Source of the DNA: an uncultured delta proteobacterium
GTDB taxonomy: Bacteria > Desulfobacterota > Binatia > UBA9968
Direction: 5' to 3'
DNA length: 64,000 nucleotides
Assembly: GCA_963745835.1 (NCBI GenBank)
Contig: CAVUZH010000013.1
Location: 192,001-256,000 of the forward strand
Under the pieces are notes generated by a model, which ran no database searches, was not told where the DNA came from, and was given only the letters and a program-made list of their open reading frames with translations. The translations under genes were made by a program, and so were the position numbers. Every line of letters begins with the position of its first letter. The first letter of the stretch is position 1. This document shows, in pieces, positions 1-10,334 of this stretch.

Positions 1-2
1 AA

Positions 3-1517
3 GGTTGGGACGTGAAAGCGAAACAAGGCGCAGTAACTCACAAAACCCTGCCAGTAATCGATGCCAGTAACAAAGGATTAGGCGGCCACGCTTTCGCTCT
101 AGTCGGTTACAACGATATCGGTTTTATCGTGCAGAACTCTTGGGGCGGGAGATGGGGCGCTTCGGGTTTCGCAGTTCTTCCTTATGATGACTGGATAGCC
201 AACGGGACGGATGCCTGGGTTATGTCACTGGGCGCGCCGGTTCAGAATCTGCGCCAGCGACAATACTTCGTCAGAAGTAGCGGCGGCCTTTCATCAACAC
301 CGACGAGTTCCGGCTTGATTGGCCCGGCTCTCGCCCGGCGCCAATCGTCGCAGATGTGCTGGTCTGAGCAGGAAGCGTATTGGCACACCATCGTTACCGG
401 AAACGACGGACACGTCGTTAACCGTCTGCCCCACGTTGCCGATGAAAAGGGCAATATCGATTGGGTCAGCTATGAGCAGCCTTTGAAATGGTTCAAAGCC
501 AACGCGCGCAATGCCCCCTGGCGCATCGCTATTTATGCGCACGGCGGTCTCAACTCTGAAGGCGATTCGATCGAGCGGATCCGTCTCCTGGGACCCTGCT
601 TCCGTGAAAACGGCATCTTTCCCGTGTTCACGACTTGGAAGAGCGGCTGGCACGAGACGTTTGGGAGTATGTTGGCCGACGGCATGAAGAATTTATTTGG
701 CGATCAGATCGTGCCCCGGCGCGGATTGGGGGACATGCTGGTGGAAGCCTCCGACCGCGCTTTGGAAGTATTTCTACGCGGCGTGGTCGGCAAAAGCATC
801 TGGTCCGAAATGAAAGAGAATGTGACTCGTTCCATCGAGGCGGGACGCGGCGTCGACCAGCTCGCGGAACAGGTGAAGCGATTGGCCGCAGATTCCGGCG
901 GCAAGTTGCAGGTTCATCTCGTCGGTCACTCGGCGGGATCGTTTATTTGCGGCCGTTTGTTATCCGAGCTCAGGCAAAAAAATATCAAAGTAAAATCCTG
1001 CACGCTTTACGCTCCAGCCTGCGACCTCAAGTTCGCGCTGGATCATTTCAAACCGGCTATTGAAGACCATCAACTCGCCCGATCCGAGTTTCGCATCCAT
1101 GTTTTATCAGACCAGCTGGAACGTGATGACAGCGTCGGTCCGTACCAAAAATCCTTGCTCTATCTGGTAAGTCGCGCGCTTGATCGATGGCACAAAACTC
1201 CGGTGCTCGGCATGGCCAACGCGTTCGACGGTGCGCGCGTCACGGAAGAATATTGGCATAGCGATACCCTGGACCAGGTCAAACAGTGGCAGAAGTTTTT
1301 CTGGGGCGGTTCGGTCCCCAAAGGATTCGCTGGCGACGGCAAAGCTAAAGTAAGCGGTAACCTTCATGTTCTGTCAGCATCGCAGGTCAACGTCGGCAGC
1401 CGCTACATCAAGAGCAGCCACGGCTGCTTCGATAATGACCTCGACGTGATCAGGCCGACCTTGAAAAACATCTTTGGCAGCGATCTACGCCGGGAGATCA
1501 TCGATCTGGATTATTGA
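3..1517 (+). CDS. C1 (papain-like) cysteine peptidase C-terminal part fused to an alpha/beta-hydrolase domain; 5'-truncated by the window edge
   Basis: Frame is open from nt 3. GGHAFALVGY...QNSWG matches the papain catalytic His/Asn motifs. HGGLNS and VHLVGHSAG (GxSxG nucleophile elbow) follow downstream. Confidence 0.75.
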   Translation, partial: GWDVKAKQGAVTHKTLPVIDASNKGLGGHAFALVGYNDIGFIVQNSWGGRWGASGFAVLPYDDWIANGTDAWVMSLGAPVQNLRQRQYFVRSSGGLSSTPTSSGLIGPALARRQSSQMCWSEQEAYWHTIVTGNDGHVVNRLPHVADEKGNIDWVSYEQPLKWFKANARNAPWRIAIYAHGGLNSEGDSIERIRLLGPCFRENGIFPVFTTWKSGWHETFGSMLADGMKNLFGDQIVPRRGLGDMLVEASDRALEVFLRGVVGKSIWSEMKENVTRSIEAGRGVDQLAEQVKRLAADSGGKLQVHLVGHSAGSFICGRLLSELRQKNIKVKSCTLYAPACDLKFALDHFKPAIEDHQLARSEFRIHVLSDQLERDDSVGPYQKSLLYLVSRALDRWHKTPVLGMANAFDGARVTEEYWHSDTLDQVKQWQKFFWGGSVPKGFAGDGKAKVSGNLHVLSASQVNVGSRYIKSSHGCFDNDLDVIRPTLKNIFGSDLRREIIDLDY

Positions 1518-1961
1518 AGTCAATCAGATCAAGGATCGGTAAGACATCGAAGTTCTCGGACCGGAGAGATCCTCTGCTGCCGCGCTGACTTGGTCCTTTT
1601 CGCCTGCTAATTTCATACTTCTCTCTCGCCTCTATAAAGACGGCCGCACCACTAATTCTTCCAGTAATCTGGTTCGAAGTTTCGTGGTGACTCTGCGGTG
1701 TTCGTCGGCGAACCACATAAAGTTCCACGGTAGGGAAAACTACCTTTGGGTGTATCGCCGTCTGGCTTAAGACGCACGTTAGTGAGTGAGTTACTTAGGG
1801 ACGAGTTTGCATCGTGCGACCGGAACAAGCAGACGGGTTCAATTTAGGGTTGGACAGTTGCGCTTTACTCTCGACAAGCGATCCTGTCTTGTGTCGGAGA
1901 TGCACGTCGCGCCAATTCTCGCTTGGTAGCTGCTTTCGTCGAGGGCACACAACGGACAAGT

Positions 1962-2744
1962 TCAAGCGGACTTCTCTTGGGCACCCCGAGGACGCCATCG
2001 TAGAAGCCAATGCTCGATGGCTTCTGCCGCCACGAAAAGAATCAGAACGAAGAACATGATGAGAAATATGAGCCCCATGGTCAGCGCTGCGTTATAAGTG
2101 CTCTGCGCAAACTGAAGCAGATAACCGAGACCTCGAGTCGCTGCAACAAACTCCCCAACGACGGCACCCGTGAAAGCAAAACCGACAGCAACTTTGAGAC
2201 TGCCGAGCACCCAGGCAGTGACGGACGGAATATAGACTTCTCGGAGCAAGATCATACGTCCGCCGCCAAGCGTGCGTACCCGATCGACCAAGAGCTGATG
2301 GACATCCTTGATTCCGCTATACACCGCGAAAAACATCAGCACTGCGACGAGAACGACCGCAAGGGCGATCTTGGAAGGAAGTTCGATGCCAAGCCAGATT
2401 ACGAATAACGGCGCCAGGATAACCCGTGGTATGGCGTTCAAAAGCATCATGACCGGCTCGAGGACGTCGGCGACAAATGGAATCAGCGCGGCGGCAAAAC
2501 CAAAGAAGACCCCAAGCACTAGCCCGATCACAAGCCCGGCCAAGGCGGCGGTGAAGGTCGCTTCCAAATGGCCGAGAATCGTTCCCTCGGTAAACAAGGA
2601 AATGACCACTCTTAAGATTTCACTCGGAGCCGGAGCATAAAAGGGGTCTATGGTTCCGAACTGCGCCAATGCCTCCCATAAAACCGTGAGCACCAGTAAC
2701 GAAAGGAGACGACGCACCCACACCTTTTCTATGTAGGGTTTCAT
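1962..2744 (-). CDS. NitT/TauT-family ABC transporter permease
   Basis: Hydrophobic helices, NAIPRVILAPL, and GAVVGEF...GLG BPD_transp_1-type motifs; in an operon with an ATPase and SBP. Confidence 0.9.
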   Translation of the reverse strand: MKPYIEKVWVRRLLSLLVLTVLWEALAQFGTIDPFYAPAPSEILRVVISLFTEGTILGHLEATFTAALAGLVIGLVLGVFFGFAAALIPFVADVLEPVMMLLNAIPRVILAPLFVIWLGIELPSKIALAVVLVAVLMFFAVYSGIKDVHQLLVDRVRTLGGGRMILLREVYIPSVTAWVLGSLKVAVGFAFTGAVVGEFVAATRGLGYLLQFAQSTYNAALTMGLIFLIMFFVLILFVAAEAIEHWLLRWRPRGAQEKSA

Positions 2745-2753
2745 CTCGCGTCC

Positions 2754-3500
2754 CTAAACTTGCGGCGAGCTCATAGCGTCGGACATGTCATTCCATAGCC
2801 TCTCAAGCAGCGGGACAAAACTAGGATGTCTGCGACTGGCGAAGATATCCCGAGGACGAGGAATCGAGACTTCATACGAGGTTTGGACTCGCGCCCTTGG
2901 ACCTTGCGAAAGCAAATACACCGTGTCGGAAACGGTCAACGCTTCTTCAAGGTCATGGGTCACCAACAGCACGCTAAGATGCTCGCGTTCTACCCAGTTT
3001 AGCAGTTCCTGGGTGATTCGCGTTCGAACAATCGCATCCAAAGCGGCGAAGGGCTCGTCCATGAGCAGCAATTGCGGCTTCAAGGCGAGCACCTGGGCGA
3101 TAGCGACGCGCTTTCTTTGCCCGCCCGATAGTTCGTGGGGGAAACGCCGGCCAAAACCGTCAAGTGAGAGTCGATTCAGCCAGCCGTCGGCCTCGGTTAG
3201 CGCCGTGGTTTTCGAAACCTTTCGAATGCGCAGACCCAGTGCGACATTTTCACGGACAGTCCGCCAGGGCAAGAGCGCATCGTCTTGAAACAGAAACCCG
3301 ACCGACTCTTGGCCATCGGTTAGATCGACACGCCCCGAGTGAGGCGTGAGCAGGCCAGTTATCGCCCGCAAGATGCTCGTCTTGCCGGACCCTGACGGCC
3401 CGACAAGACTGACGAATTTGCCTCGGGGGACTTCGAGGCTAACTCCTTCCAGTACGGGTTCTTCGCCATAACCTAAAGCAAGATCGAAGACGCGAAGCAC
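2754..3500 (-). CDS. NitT/TauT-family ABC transporter ATP-binding protein
   Basis: Walker A GPSGSGKT, signature LSGGQ, Walker B LLMDEPF, H-loop VTHD. Confidence 0.95.
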   Translation of the reverse strand: MLRVFDLALGYGEEPVLEGVSLEVPRGKFVSLVGPSGSGKTSILRAITGLLTPHSGRVDLTDGQESVGFLFQDDALLPWRTVRENVALGLRIRKVSKTTALTEADGWLNRLSLDGFGRRFPHELSGGQRKRVAIAQVLALKPQLLLMDEPFAALDAIVRTRITQELLNWVEREHLSVLLVTHDLEEALTVSDTVYLLSQGPRARVQTSYEVSIPRPRDIFASRRHPSFVPLLERLWNDMSDAMSSPQV

Positions 3501-4565
3501 TTAATTCCCGACTATGGATAGATCGAGCAAGGCTTTGTAATCGACAGATGAAGCCAGCAGGCCTGCGCTTGTATGCGCTTCAGCTACGCGATTAGTGGCA
3601 GATGGATCGATTCTGACGTTGTCAGGATAGAGAGATTTGCGGTAACGCTCGAGAATCGTCGCCAGCCGGTCCCGGTTAGCGCCGGTGATTAGCTCCTTGG
3701 GCAGCGCAGCCACAGCTTCTTTCGTAGGTATGTTACGCGTGTCCTGCAGTCCCTTGGCGAGCGCGCGGGTAAGGCGACCCATTTCCTCGCGGCGTTTGTC
3801 GCGTTCTTCGACGCGCACGGCAACACCCATAAATTCGTATGGCCCGCCAAGATAACGGTTTGCTTCCTCGATCTCCATTATGTTGGCGATCACTCCACCA
3901 CCGGCGCCGGTGACTAGCGTCAATGCCGGCTCTTGCACCATACCCGCAGCGACCTGTCCGAGCCTCAACGCATCGTAAAGATTGGGACCAAGAGTCGCGA
4001 AACGAACTCGGTCGGGATCGGCACCCGCACGCTTCATAAGGTGAATGACTAAGATATGGTCGGCGTTGCCCAAGCCCGAGATCCCCACGGTACGGTTCTC
4101 GAGATCCTTAAGGCTCCGTATCTCTTTTGCAGTCTTCGGACCCGTTGCGAGGGCAAAGAGCGGCAATCTCCCAGTCGAGGCGAAGCGGGCTATTTTGGCG
4201 CCGTGGGCAAAAGCCTGAAGCGCAACATCAAAAGACGTCCCCGCGTAATCCACCGCGCCACCGACCAGCGCCTGCATGGCGACATTGCCGCCGCGGGTAT
4301 ATACCAGCCTCACATCGAGTCCTTCCTCCGCAAAATGGCCGCGCGCTCGCGTCACCTCGTAGGGAACGACACATAGCAATTGACCACAAAAAGCGAGCAG
4401 GACTTGACGGCCTTGACCATAGGCATTTCTCTTCGAGACGAACATAATGCCGCTGGCCAGGCCCGCCAACTGTTTCAAGACGGTGCGTCGATTGATTTGC
4501 TTATCGCTGTCGGGTAATTCAGGTTCGCTCGAAAAATCGGGAGTCAACTTTTCACAGCAATCCAT
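3501..4565 (-). CDS. NMT1/SsuA-like ABC substrate-binding protein with Tat-like signal
   Basis: RBS AAGGAGG before ATG 4565; NRRTVLK twin-arginine-like motif; EEGLDV, DLENRTVGIS and QEP motifs. Confidence 0.85.
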   Translation of the reverse strand: MDCCEKLTPDFSSEPELPDSDKQINRRTVLKQLAGLASGIMFVSKRNAYGQGRQVLLAFCGQLLCVVPYEVTRARGHFAEEGLDVRLVYTRGGNVAMQALVGGAVDYAGTSFDVALQAFAHGAKIARFASTGRLPLFALATGPKTAKEIRSLKDLENRTVGISGLGNADHILVIHLMKRAGADPDRVRFATLGPNLYDALRLGQVAAGMVQEPALTLVTGAGGGVIANIMEIEEANRYLGGPYEFMGVAVRVEERDKRREEMGRLTRALAKGLQDTRNIPTKEAVAALPKELITGANRDRLATILERYRKSLYPDNVRIDPSATNRVAEAHTSAGLLASSVDYKALLDLSIVGN

Positions 4566-4857
4566 AGTGGCCTCCTTGGGCGAGCTCTCAACCCCGCACA
4601 CGATTACCGTTCAGTTGAAGTACTATACAGCGAAGAGGTCATTAAAATACAACAAAGAAGTGAAAAGAGAAATAAACCTGTAAACAGTTCGGTGTCAAAT
4701 CAGCCGATCCTGTTGCTTCCATTAGCGTAGGCGCCGAGCCAATATCCTTGTTGTTGCCAAAGTTGATAACCGATTGTAGAGTTCGATTCATCAGACTGGT
4801 TCTGATCGATTGCAGTACCCGATGCCTCATGGCGCCAAATATGGAGAAGGAGTCCCA

Positions 4858-5613
4858 ATGAGCGATTACAAAAAAATAGCCGATGGTTTGACGAGTTCAT
4901 TGCAGTTGTCACAGCGGCCGATTGCCATGTCATTCACGAATGTGCCGCCTTCCGGCGTTCACGCATTCAATGGCGTCGTTCCAGCCGGGTGCTCCTTTTG
5001 GCAGCTAGCGGCGGCGAGCATGTTTTACACATCCGCGAAGGATCACGAGCTTTGCTCTATCGGCATCCACACACACCACTTGGCGCAGCCGTCGCCCTCC
5101 TACCAATCCGAGCTGCAGGACGCGCTACAAGCGATGAGCGGCCTGGATTATATCCGACCAGACGAAGTCGCGGCGATCCCTGTGGTGCAACATGAAGTCC
5201 GTTACGTCTTGTATGGTCCTCTTGTTGAATTCCGCACCGATCCGGACGTGGTCCTCTTGTTCGCTCAGGCCCAACAGAGTCTGGTTCTCAGCGAGGCGGT
5301 TAGTCGGGTCGACAAAGGGATCCCGCCTGCAATGGGACGGCCTGCCTGCGCCGTTGTCCCGCAGGTACTCAATACCGGCCGTGCGGCGATGAGCCTAGGG
5401 TGCTGCGGCGCCCGCGCCTATCTTGACGTGTTATCCGAAAATATAGCGATGTGGGCATTTCCGGGGCAAAAGCTGGAGCAGTATAGCGCGGCAGTCGACG
5501 CGCTCGCCCGCGCCAACAAAACCCTCTCTGCGTTTCACGCGCAGCGCAAAGAAGACGTCAGATCTGGCGCGCGGCCAACCGTGCGCCAGTCTCTCGATCG
5601 TCTGGCATCGTAG
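4858..5613 (+). CDS. DUF169 family protein
   Basis: RBS AAGGAG before ATG 4858; GCSFW, PDVVLLF, RPACA and SLGCCGAR Cys motifs typical of the family. Confidence 0.75.
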   Translation: MSDYKKIADGLTSSLQLSQRPIAMSFTNVPPSGVHAFNGVVPAGCSFWQLAAASMFYTSAKDHELCSIGIHTHHLAQPSPSYQSELQDALQAMSGLDYIRPDEVAAIPVVQHEVRYVLYGPLVEFRTDPDVVLLFAQAQQSLVLSEAVSRVDKGIPPAMGRPACAVVPQVLNTGRAAMSLGCCGARAYLDVLSENIAMWAFPGQKLEQYSAAVDALARANKTLSAFHAQRKEDVRSGARPTVRQSLDRLAS

Positions 5614-5689
5614 GTGCAACTCGGCGGAGATCATGCAACTTAGTTGGTAAGGTTCTCTATGCAGCATTTCTCGTACTCGGTAAAATGAC

Positions 5690-5990
5690 ACTTTTCATTG
5701 ATTGTAAACCTTGTCGGATGAAGCCGCTCTTATCCAATTCGCACACGATGCTCTCATGCACTAAATCTTCAACGTAAGACGCGCGCCGGGCCTGCGGCTG
5801 ATTGCTTCTTTGATTTGCGTTCGGCCAACGTTGCCAGGAACTGATCATAGAGTTTAGCGCTCGCGCTGGTGGCGGCTTCCGAGTAATCCTCGTGATTGAT
5901 TCTGCTGTGCTTGGCAATGATTCTCTTGCTCTGCTCCTTATTGGCGAAGAGTGGAATTCTCATACAACGTCCTTGAGGATTTAGTCAGGA
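5690..5990 (-). pseudogene. Degraded C-terminal remnant of an NMT1-like substrate-binding protein
   Basis: Pieces in different frames (FANKEQSKRIIAKHSRI; EDLVHESIVCELDKSGFI) resemble the C-termini of intact SBPs in this window (EDLIDRRYLDEMEKSGFF). Confidence 0.55.
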
Positions 5991-6066
5991 AAGCTCGGCC
6001 CGCTAATCTCTTTCCTTTGATGCGCTTAATGTCTATCGCCGGAAAAGACGAGCCGCCACGATGTTT

Positions 6067-6513
6067 TTAGCTTGGAGACCCTTGCTTCAGAACCATCTTT
6101 CGATGAGCAATGCCGGCTTCATCGAAAACCGGACCGACGCAGCGGAACCCCGCGGATTCATAGAATTTGATAACGGCGACTTGCGCGTGAAGATAGATTT
6201 TCTCCGCGCCCTGCTTCTTTGCCGTCGAAATGGCGCAGGTCAACAATTTCTTGCCGACCTTTTTTCTTCGGTGAGTTTTGAGGACGGCCATGCGGCCGAT
6301 TTTGGCTTGGCCACCACGCATCACTATCCGAGCCGTGCCCACCGCCCTTCCCTCAAGAAAGGCCAGCAAGTGAAGGGCTCGTTTATCGTCGTCGTCCAAC
6401 TCAATGTCTGCGGGCACGCCCTGCTCCCGGACAAATACCCGGATGCGAATTCGCAAGGCCTGCTTCAACTCCTTATTAGTCGAGATTTTTTTGATGATGA
6501 TTCGTGGTTTCAT
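6067..6513 (-). CDS. GNAT N-acetyltransferase (ElaA/YjcF-like)
   Basis: IRIRVFVREQGVP...ELDDDD, KIGRMAVL, LHAQ...FYESAGF, FDEAGIAH motifs. Confidence 0.9.
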   Translation of the reverse strand: MKPRIIIKKISTNKELKQALRIRIRVFVREQGVPADIELDDDDKRALHLLAFLEGRAVGTARIVMRGGQAKIGRMAVLKTHRRKKVGKKLLTCAISTAKKQGAEKIYLHAQVAVIKFYESAGFRCVGPVFDEAGIAHRKMVLKQGSPS

Positions 6514-6691
6514 TGCGCTGCGCATGGTATCAAGATCGACTGCCGTGCAGCTATCCGCCTTAGAAGACACAACGTATAACAAAAGTTTCTGACTTCGAAT
6601 TTAGAACATTACGAATTCTCTTCTCAGCTTTGAACCGATGGGAGCCAAACTCGCGATGCTATCTGGTGCCGCTTCGTGTTAGATTGGACAC

Positions 6692-7828
6692 ATGGCCTCC
6701 GACTCCGGCGCGGCAGACAGCGATCCAGTACTTCAAACAGGCGTCTGCTATGTGCTCTTTGCCTATGATGCGGCGCGCTCCATCGATCTCGACGCCGCCG
6801 AACGTCGCATCCACGAAACGACCCAGCGCCAGACGATTCAGCACAAACGCCGCGCTCCCAGCTATCTTGAATATCAACCGCCACCGCTGAGATTAAGTCA
6901 GGAGATCCAGCCGATCAACATCGGCGAATGTAAAAGCCATCGAATGGTGAACCTGGTTCTCTACGATTTCGGCGCCGTCTCTGTGATCTATAGTATTCCG
7001 ATTCAGGGGCCCTTTGCGGCTTTGCTGGCGCTCAGCGAAGATCTGTACGACAACGAGATTCTGCTTACCGAATCGCGCCTGCGGGTGGAACAGATCGTCA
7101 GCGCTGTGGGTGACGCGGCGGTAAACGTGCATACCGTTAGTGTTGTGGAAGATTACGTCATTTTCCGTATCGCCGCTCTGGACCCGCCCGCGAGTCCAGA
7201 GGCTTTTTGCGCGAGCCATGCGCGCGACATTGCAAGAATCCTGCGCGCCGAACGGCAGAGTCTTTCCTTCCAGGAAGTTGAGGACGCGCTGAGCGCCCGG
7301 ACTTCTTATGGCGCCGACGATTTAACCATCATCGACTGGAACGCCGCGCTGCTCGTCGATCGCGAAGGCGACGACGTTCAGACGGTTTTAGAGTTTGCCA
7401 ATGTCGAGTTATTGGAAATGCGCTACCTCGATCAGAAACTCGACCGCGCGTTGTTTGAAGCTTACGAAACGCTATCGAAGCGGTCGTGGAGCTTGCCACG
7501 ATTTCTCGGCTATTACAGCGCTGATTTGCGCCGTGTAGCCGAGCTTCAAGTCGACAATGCGCTGTTGTTCGAAGGCGTCAACAACACGCTCAAGCTTCTC
7601 GGAGATCAGTATCTGGCGCGCGTCTACCGCCTGGTCAATCGGAGATTTCATCTGGCTGAATGGGACTCGAGCATCATTCGTAAGCTGCAAACGCTCGAAA
7701 GCATCTACGAAAAAATCGCCGATCAAGCGGCCACTCGCCGGTTGGAAATTCTTGAGTGGGTGATCATTCTGCTGATCGCATTTTCCATTTTGCTGGAATT
7801 TGTTCCACTGACCGGATCGCACCGGTGA
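6692..7828 (+). CDS. Conserved hypothetical protein, RMD1/DUF155-like, with C-terminal TM helix
   Basis: 378-aa ORF; LEFANVELLEMRYLD, YLARVY...RFHL and terminal RLEILEWVIILLIAF resemble RMD1-like proteins. Confidence 0.55.
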   Translation: MASDSGAADSDPVLQTGVCYVLFAYDAARSIDLDAAERRIHETTQRQTIQHKRRAPSYLEYQPPPLRLSQEIQPINIGECKSHRMVNLVLYDFGAVSVIYSIPIQGPFAALLALSEDLYDNEILLTESRLRVEQIVSAVGDAAVNVHTVSVVEDYVIFRIAALDPPASPEAFCASHARDIARILRAERQSLSFQEVEDALSARTSYGADDLTIIDWNAALLVDREGDDVQTVLEFANVELLEMRYLDQKLDRALFEAYETLSKRSWSLPRFLGYYSADLRRVAELQVDNALLFEGVNNTLKLLGDQYLARVYRLVNRRFHLAEWDSSIIRKLQTLESIYEKIADQAATRRLEILEWVIILLIAFSILLEFVPLTGSHR

Positions 7829-8029
7829 CGTAACAAGATGTGAGGTGTTGCCGCTCTCGCAACTCTTCGCGATTCGCTATTTGAGCAAGCTATACAATCT
7901 GGCATCTTGCGGATTGCGTGATTAGAATTCGTTGTTCCGGTGGGTGCCATGCAGCAACGTAGGGGTCGTGTCGGCCACCCCTATTCCTCGGTTAGGTTTT
8001 GCGCTAGGATCGATTTACCTCATTCGAAG

Positions 8030-8269
8030 ATGCGCCCGATCAATCACAAGGATCATCGAATAACCGTTCACCCGAAATGGAATGCCGAGACCCGATCTTG
8101 GGCGTGCGACGCCACAGTTTACATAACTGAGGCAGGTCGCTCAAAAATCATCCCGTTTTTTGACCCGGTGCGCCGTTACAAGATCAAGGCATCTGCGGTA
8201 ACTGCTATCCTAAACGCGATTCGATGCTGGATCGATCAGGGCAAACCCGAACAGCTCCCTGAGCAATAG
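8030..8269 (+). CDS. Small hypothetical protein
   Basis: 79-aa ORF from ATG 8030 with protein-like composition, ending WIDQGKPE. Confidence 0.45.
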   Translation: MRPINHKDHRITVHPKWNAETRSWACDATVYITEAGRSKIIPFFDPVRRYKIKASAVTAILNAIRCWIDQGKPEQLPEQ

Positions 8270-8476
8270 GGCGAAATCTTTGCTGCGCATCGAATAAATG
8301 CCGCTTGACCTCTGTGCATTTTCTTAACTGATCTTGGAACTACCAACGTGGCTTTCAAACAGTCGCCGTATTAAAAATTTGCCAAAACGCGCTAGACTAA
8401 AGGTGAAGGTCGGCCGGCGGTACCAAGAGCTAAGTTGAGTGCGCGCCGACTGCTTGGGTGAGTTGGAAGCACTTAA

Positions 8477-8815
8477 GTGAGAGACTACGCTGATATAGGA
8501 GCTGGAGCAGCTTTAGCGTTAGCGGTGTTCCTGGCGCTGGGACTGATCCTTCACTGGTTTTTTTTCGTCTGCGCCCTTCCGGCGTTTGGGCTTTTCGTCT
8601 TTAGCGAATGGGCAACCGCTCGCCAACAGGCGCGCACCCCTGGGTACCGTTATAACTTCGATGAAGACGGCAACATCGAGGCCATCCAATGCGAAAGCTG
8701 TGGAAGAGCAAGTCACAGCCGACATGATATAGAGGCAAAGTATTGTAGTTTCTGCGGCCGTTACCACAAGCGACATGGTAACTTGAAAAAAACCGCCGGA
8801 AGTTCTCGATCATGA
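8477..8815 (+). CDS. Hypothetical membrane protein with C-terminal zinc-ribbon
   Basis: Two N-terminal TM segments; CESC...YCSFC..YH Cys pairs; stop overlaps next start (ATGA). Confidence 0.55.
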   Translation: MRDYADIGAGAALALAVFLALGLILHWFFFVCALPAFGLFVFSEWATARQQARTPGYRYNFDEDGNIEAIQCESCGRASHSRHDIEAKYCSFCGRYHKRHGNLKKTAGSSRS

Positions 8816-9339
8816 TGGCGTCACTGAACATCGCAGCTGCCGGCCCATTAAATTTTGTGAACAGGCGTAAGATCATTTTTTTTCTTCTACTTTTGGGCGG
8901 GCTGACTGCCCTAACAAGTCCAGCTTTGGCTTCGGAGAGTACCAAGCATTCCAAGCTCTCAAATAAGGAGCTTAAGAGTCGAGCATTGACCGTAGTCAAG
9001 GCCGTTAGGAAACTCGTTTATTCCTATAATGACAAAGATCGCGATCTAACTAGCGACTTTGACGCAGAATATTTGACGACGCGAACAACCGAACGAAAAT
9101 CTCTGCGAGATCAATGGCACAAAAAGGTGGAGGACGCGCAGGCGTCCTCGGTACGCGATTACCGGCAAAACTATGCATCAGACGCCGCCCTGTTGAGAGA
9201 AGAACTGCAGAGGAGACTGCCCAAAGGCCTGCAACGGCGAGACTTGCCGAAGCTCTATTCAAATCCGACGAATGTGCTGGCCCTTGAACTGATTGCCGAC
9301 GAACTGGAGCTCCTTGCTAAATCACTTCCTGAGACTTGA
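8812..9339 (+). CDS. Hypothetical secreted helical protein
   Basis: Signal-peptide-like RRKIIFFLLLLGGLTALTSPALA; translationally coupled to the upstream ORF. Confidence 0.55.
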   Translation: MMASLNIAAAGPLNFVNRRKIIFFLLLLGGLTALTSPALASESTKHSKLSNKELKSRALTVVKAVRKLVYSYNDKDRDLTSDFDAEYLTTRTTERKSLRDQWHKKVEDAQASSVRDYRQNYASDAALLREELQRRLPKGLQRRDLPKLYSNPTNVLALELIADELELLAKSLPET

Positions 9340-9365
9340 TCTTCAACGGAATTACCAACACCCAG

Positions 9366-9608
9366 CTAACTTGACCTTCTTAGGCGCTTACGCGGATTCT
9401 CGGGTTTCATCAAGGCTGAGCGTATGAAGTAAGGGTCCACATTTATGAGCTGACAAGCCCATATAAAGCTGCCGACTTCGTCGTTCGACGAGGCAAGCCA
9501 ATGTTTAGCGTAACGTTTGTCCGATGGAGCTTTCGACAAAGCTGGCGCTTCCGAGTCGCGAATCGCTTGAATGATGACGTGCGTCCAAAGCTGTGCTTCA
9601 GGCAACAT
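9366..9608 (-). CDS. Small hypothetical protein
   Basis: RBS GAGGAG; LW..VIIQAIRD...AKHWL...SFIWACQLINVDP..IR pattern resembles a small helical family recalled from phages and Binatia-like genomes (unverified). Confidence 0.55.
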   Translation of the reverse strand: MLPEAQLWTHVIIQAIRDSEAPALSKAPSDKRYAKHWLASSNDEVGSFIWACQLINVDPYFIRSALMKPENPRKRLRRSS

Positions 9609-9629
9609 AAATACTCTCCTCAGGAGGTT

Positions 9630-10025
9630 TCACCCGCCAAAATGGCTTAAAATAGAGATCCGCTTTTTTAGGCGTATACGGGGCATGAAAGCCGGATCGC
9701 CACACCAGGACCAATCATCCGAAGGAGTTTCCACGTTGATAACATGGCCTTTGCTGGTTGGCTTCTCCGGCAACCCGTACAAAAAGCCCCATCTATCCAT
9801 GCCGGTCAATAATCCGTCATACGGAGAGATCTGCTGCGCTTCCCCGATCTCATTGGGAGATGGATTACTCTCGGGAACATCGCTGCGCAAGGTAGTCCAT
9901 GTCTCATGCCCCAGTAAGGACCTCACGTCCGACACACTTTCTTCGGAATACGATCCATTTTCCTCGGTCCATAGCCGATTCCGGCGCCAGTGAGTTCCGG
10001 TTTCGAATTCAGTGACTTCAATCAT
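9630..10025 (-). CDS. Hypothetical protein
   Basis: RBS GAGGGAG and an upstream sigma54-like promoter; likely co-transcribed with 9366-9608. Confidence 0.4.
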   Translation of the reverse strand: MIEVTEFETGTHWRRNRLWTEENGSYSEESVSDVRSLLGHETWTTLRSDVPESNPSPNEIGEAQQISPYDGLLTGMDRWGFLYGLPEKPTSKGHVINVETPSDDWSWCGDPAFMPRIRLKKRISILSHFGG

Positions 10026-10075
10026 TAAGCTCCCTCGCTTCCAATCATATTTCGTTTGCGATCATCCTTACATTG

Positions 10076-10091
10076 AGCAACGAGGAGACCA
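10076..10091 (-). promoter_or_regulatory. Putative sigma54 -24/-12 promoter
   Basis: Minus strand reads TGGTCTCCTCGTTGCT, with correct GG-N10-GC spacing, about 50 nt before ATG 10025. Confidence 0.45.
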
Positions 10092-10334
10092 GGAACGTCT
10101 GGTAACAAGATAAGATTCGCGGGAATTCTCGAGAAACATGCTAGTCCCGCATCCGAGAATGGACCGCTAGCGCCTGTCGCACGAGCGAAACAGAATGGGG
10201 CGAGTTCAGGCTAATCCCATCGGGTTTGTCCCGAGACATCCGCCCGTCTTATCAGTGTTGATGGCATCCTTCTCCCGAAGCTGCGCGTTAAATTATTTAT
10301 TGCGGTTAAGATGCCGGCTGGATTATGATTGGCT

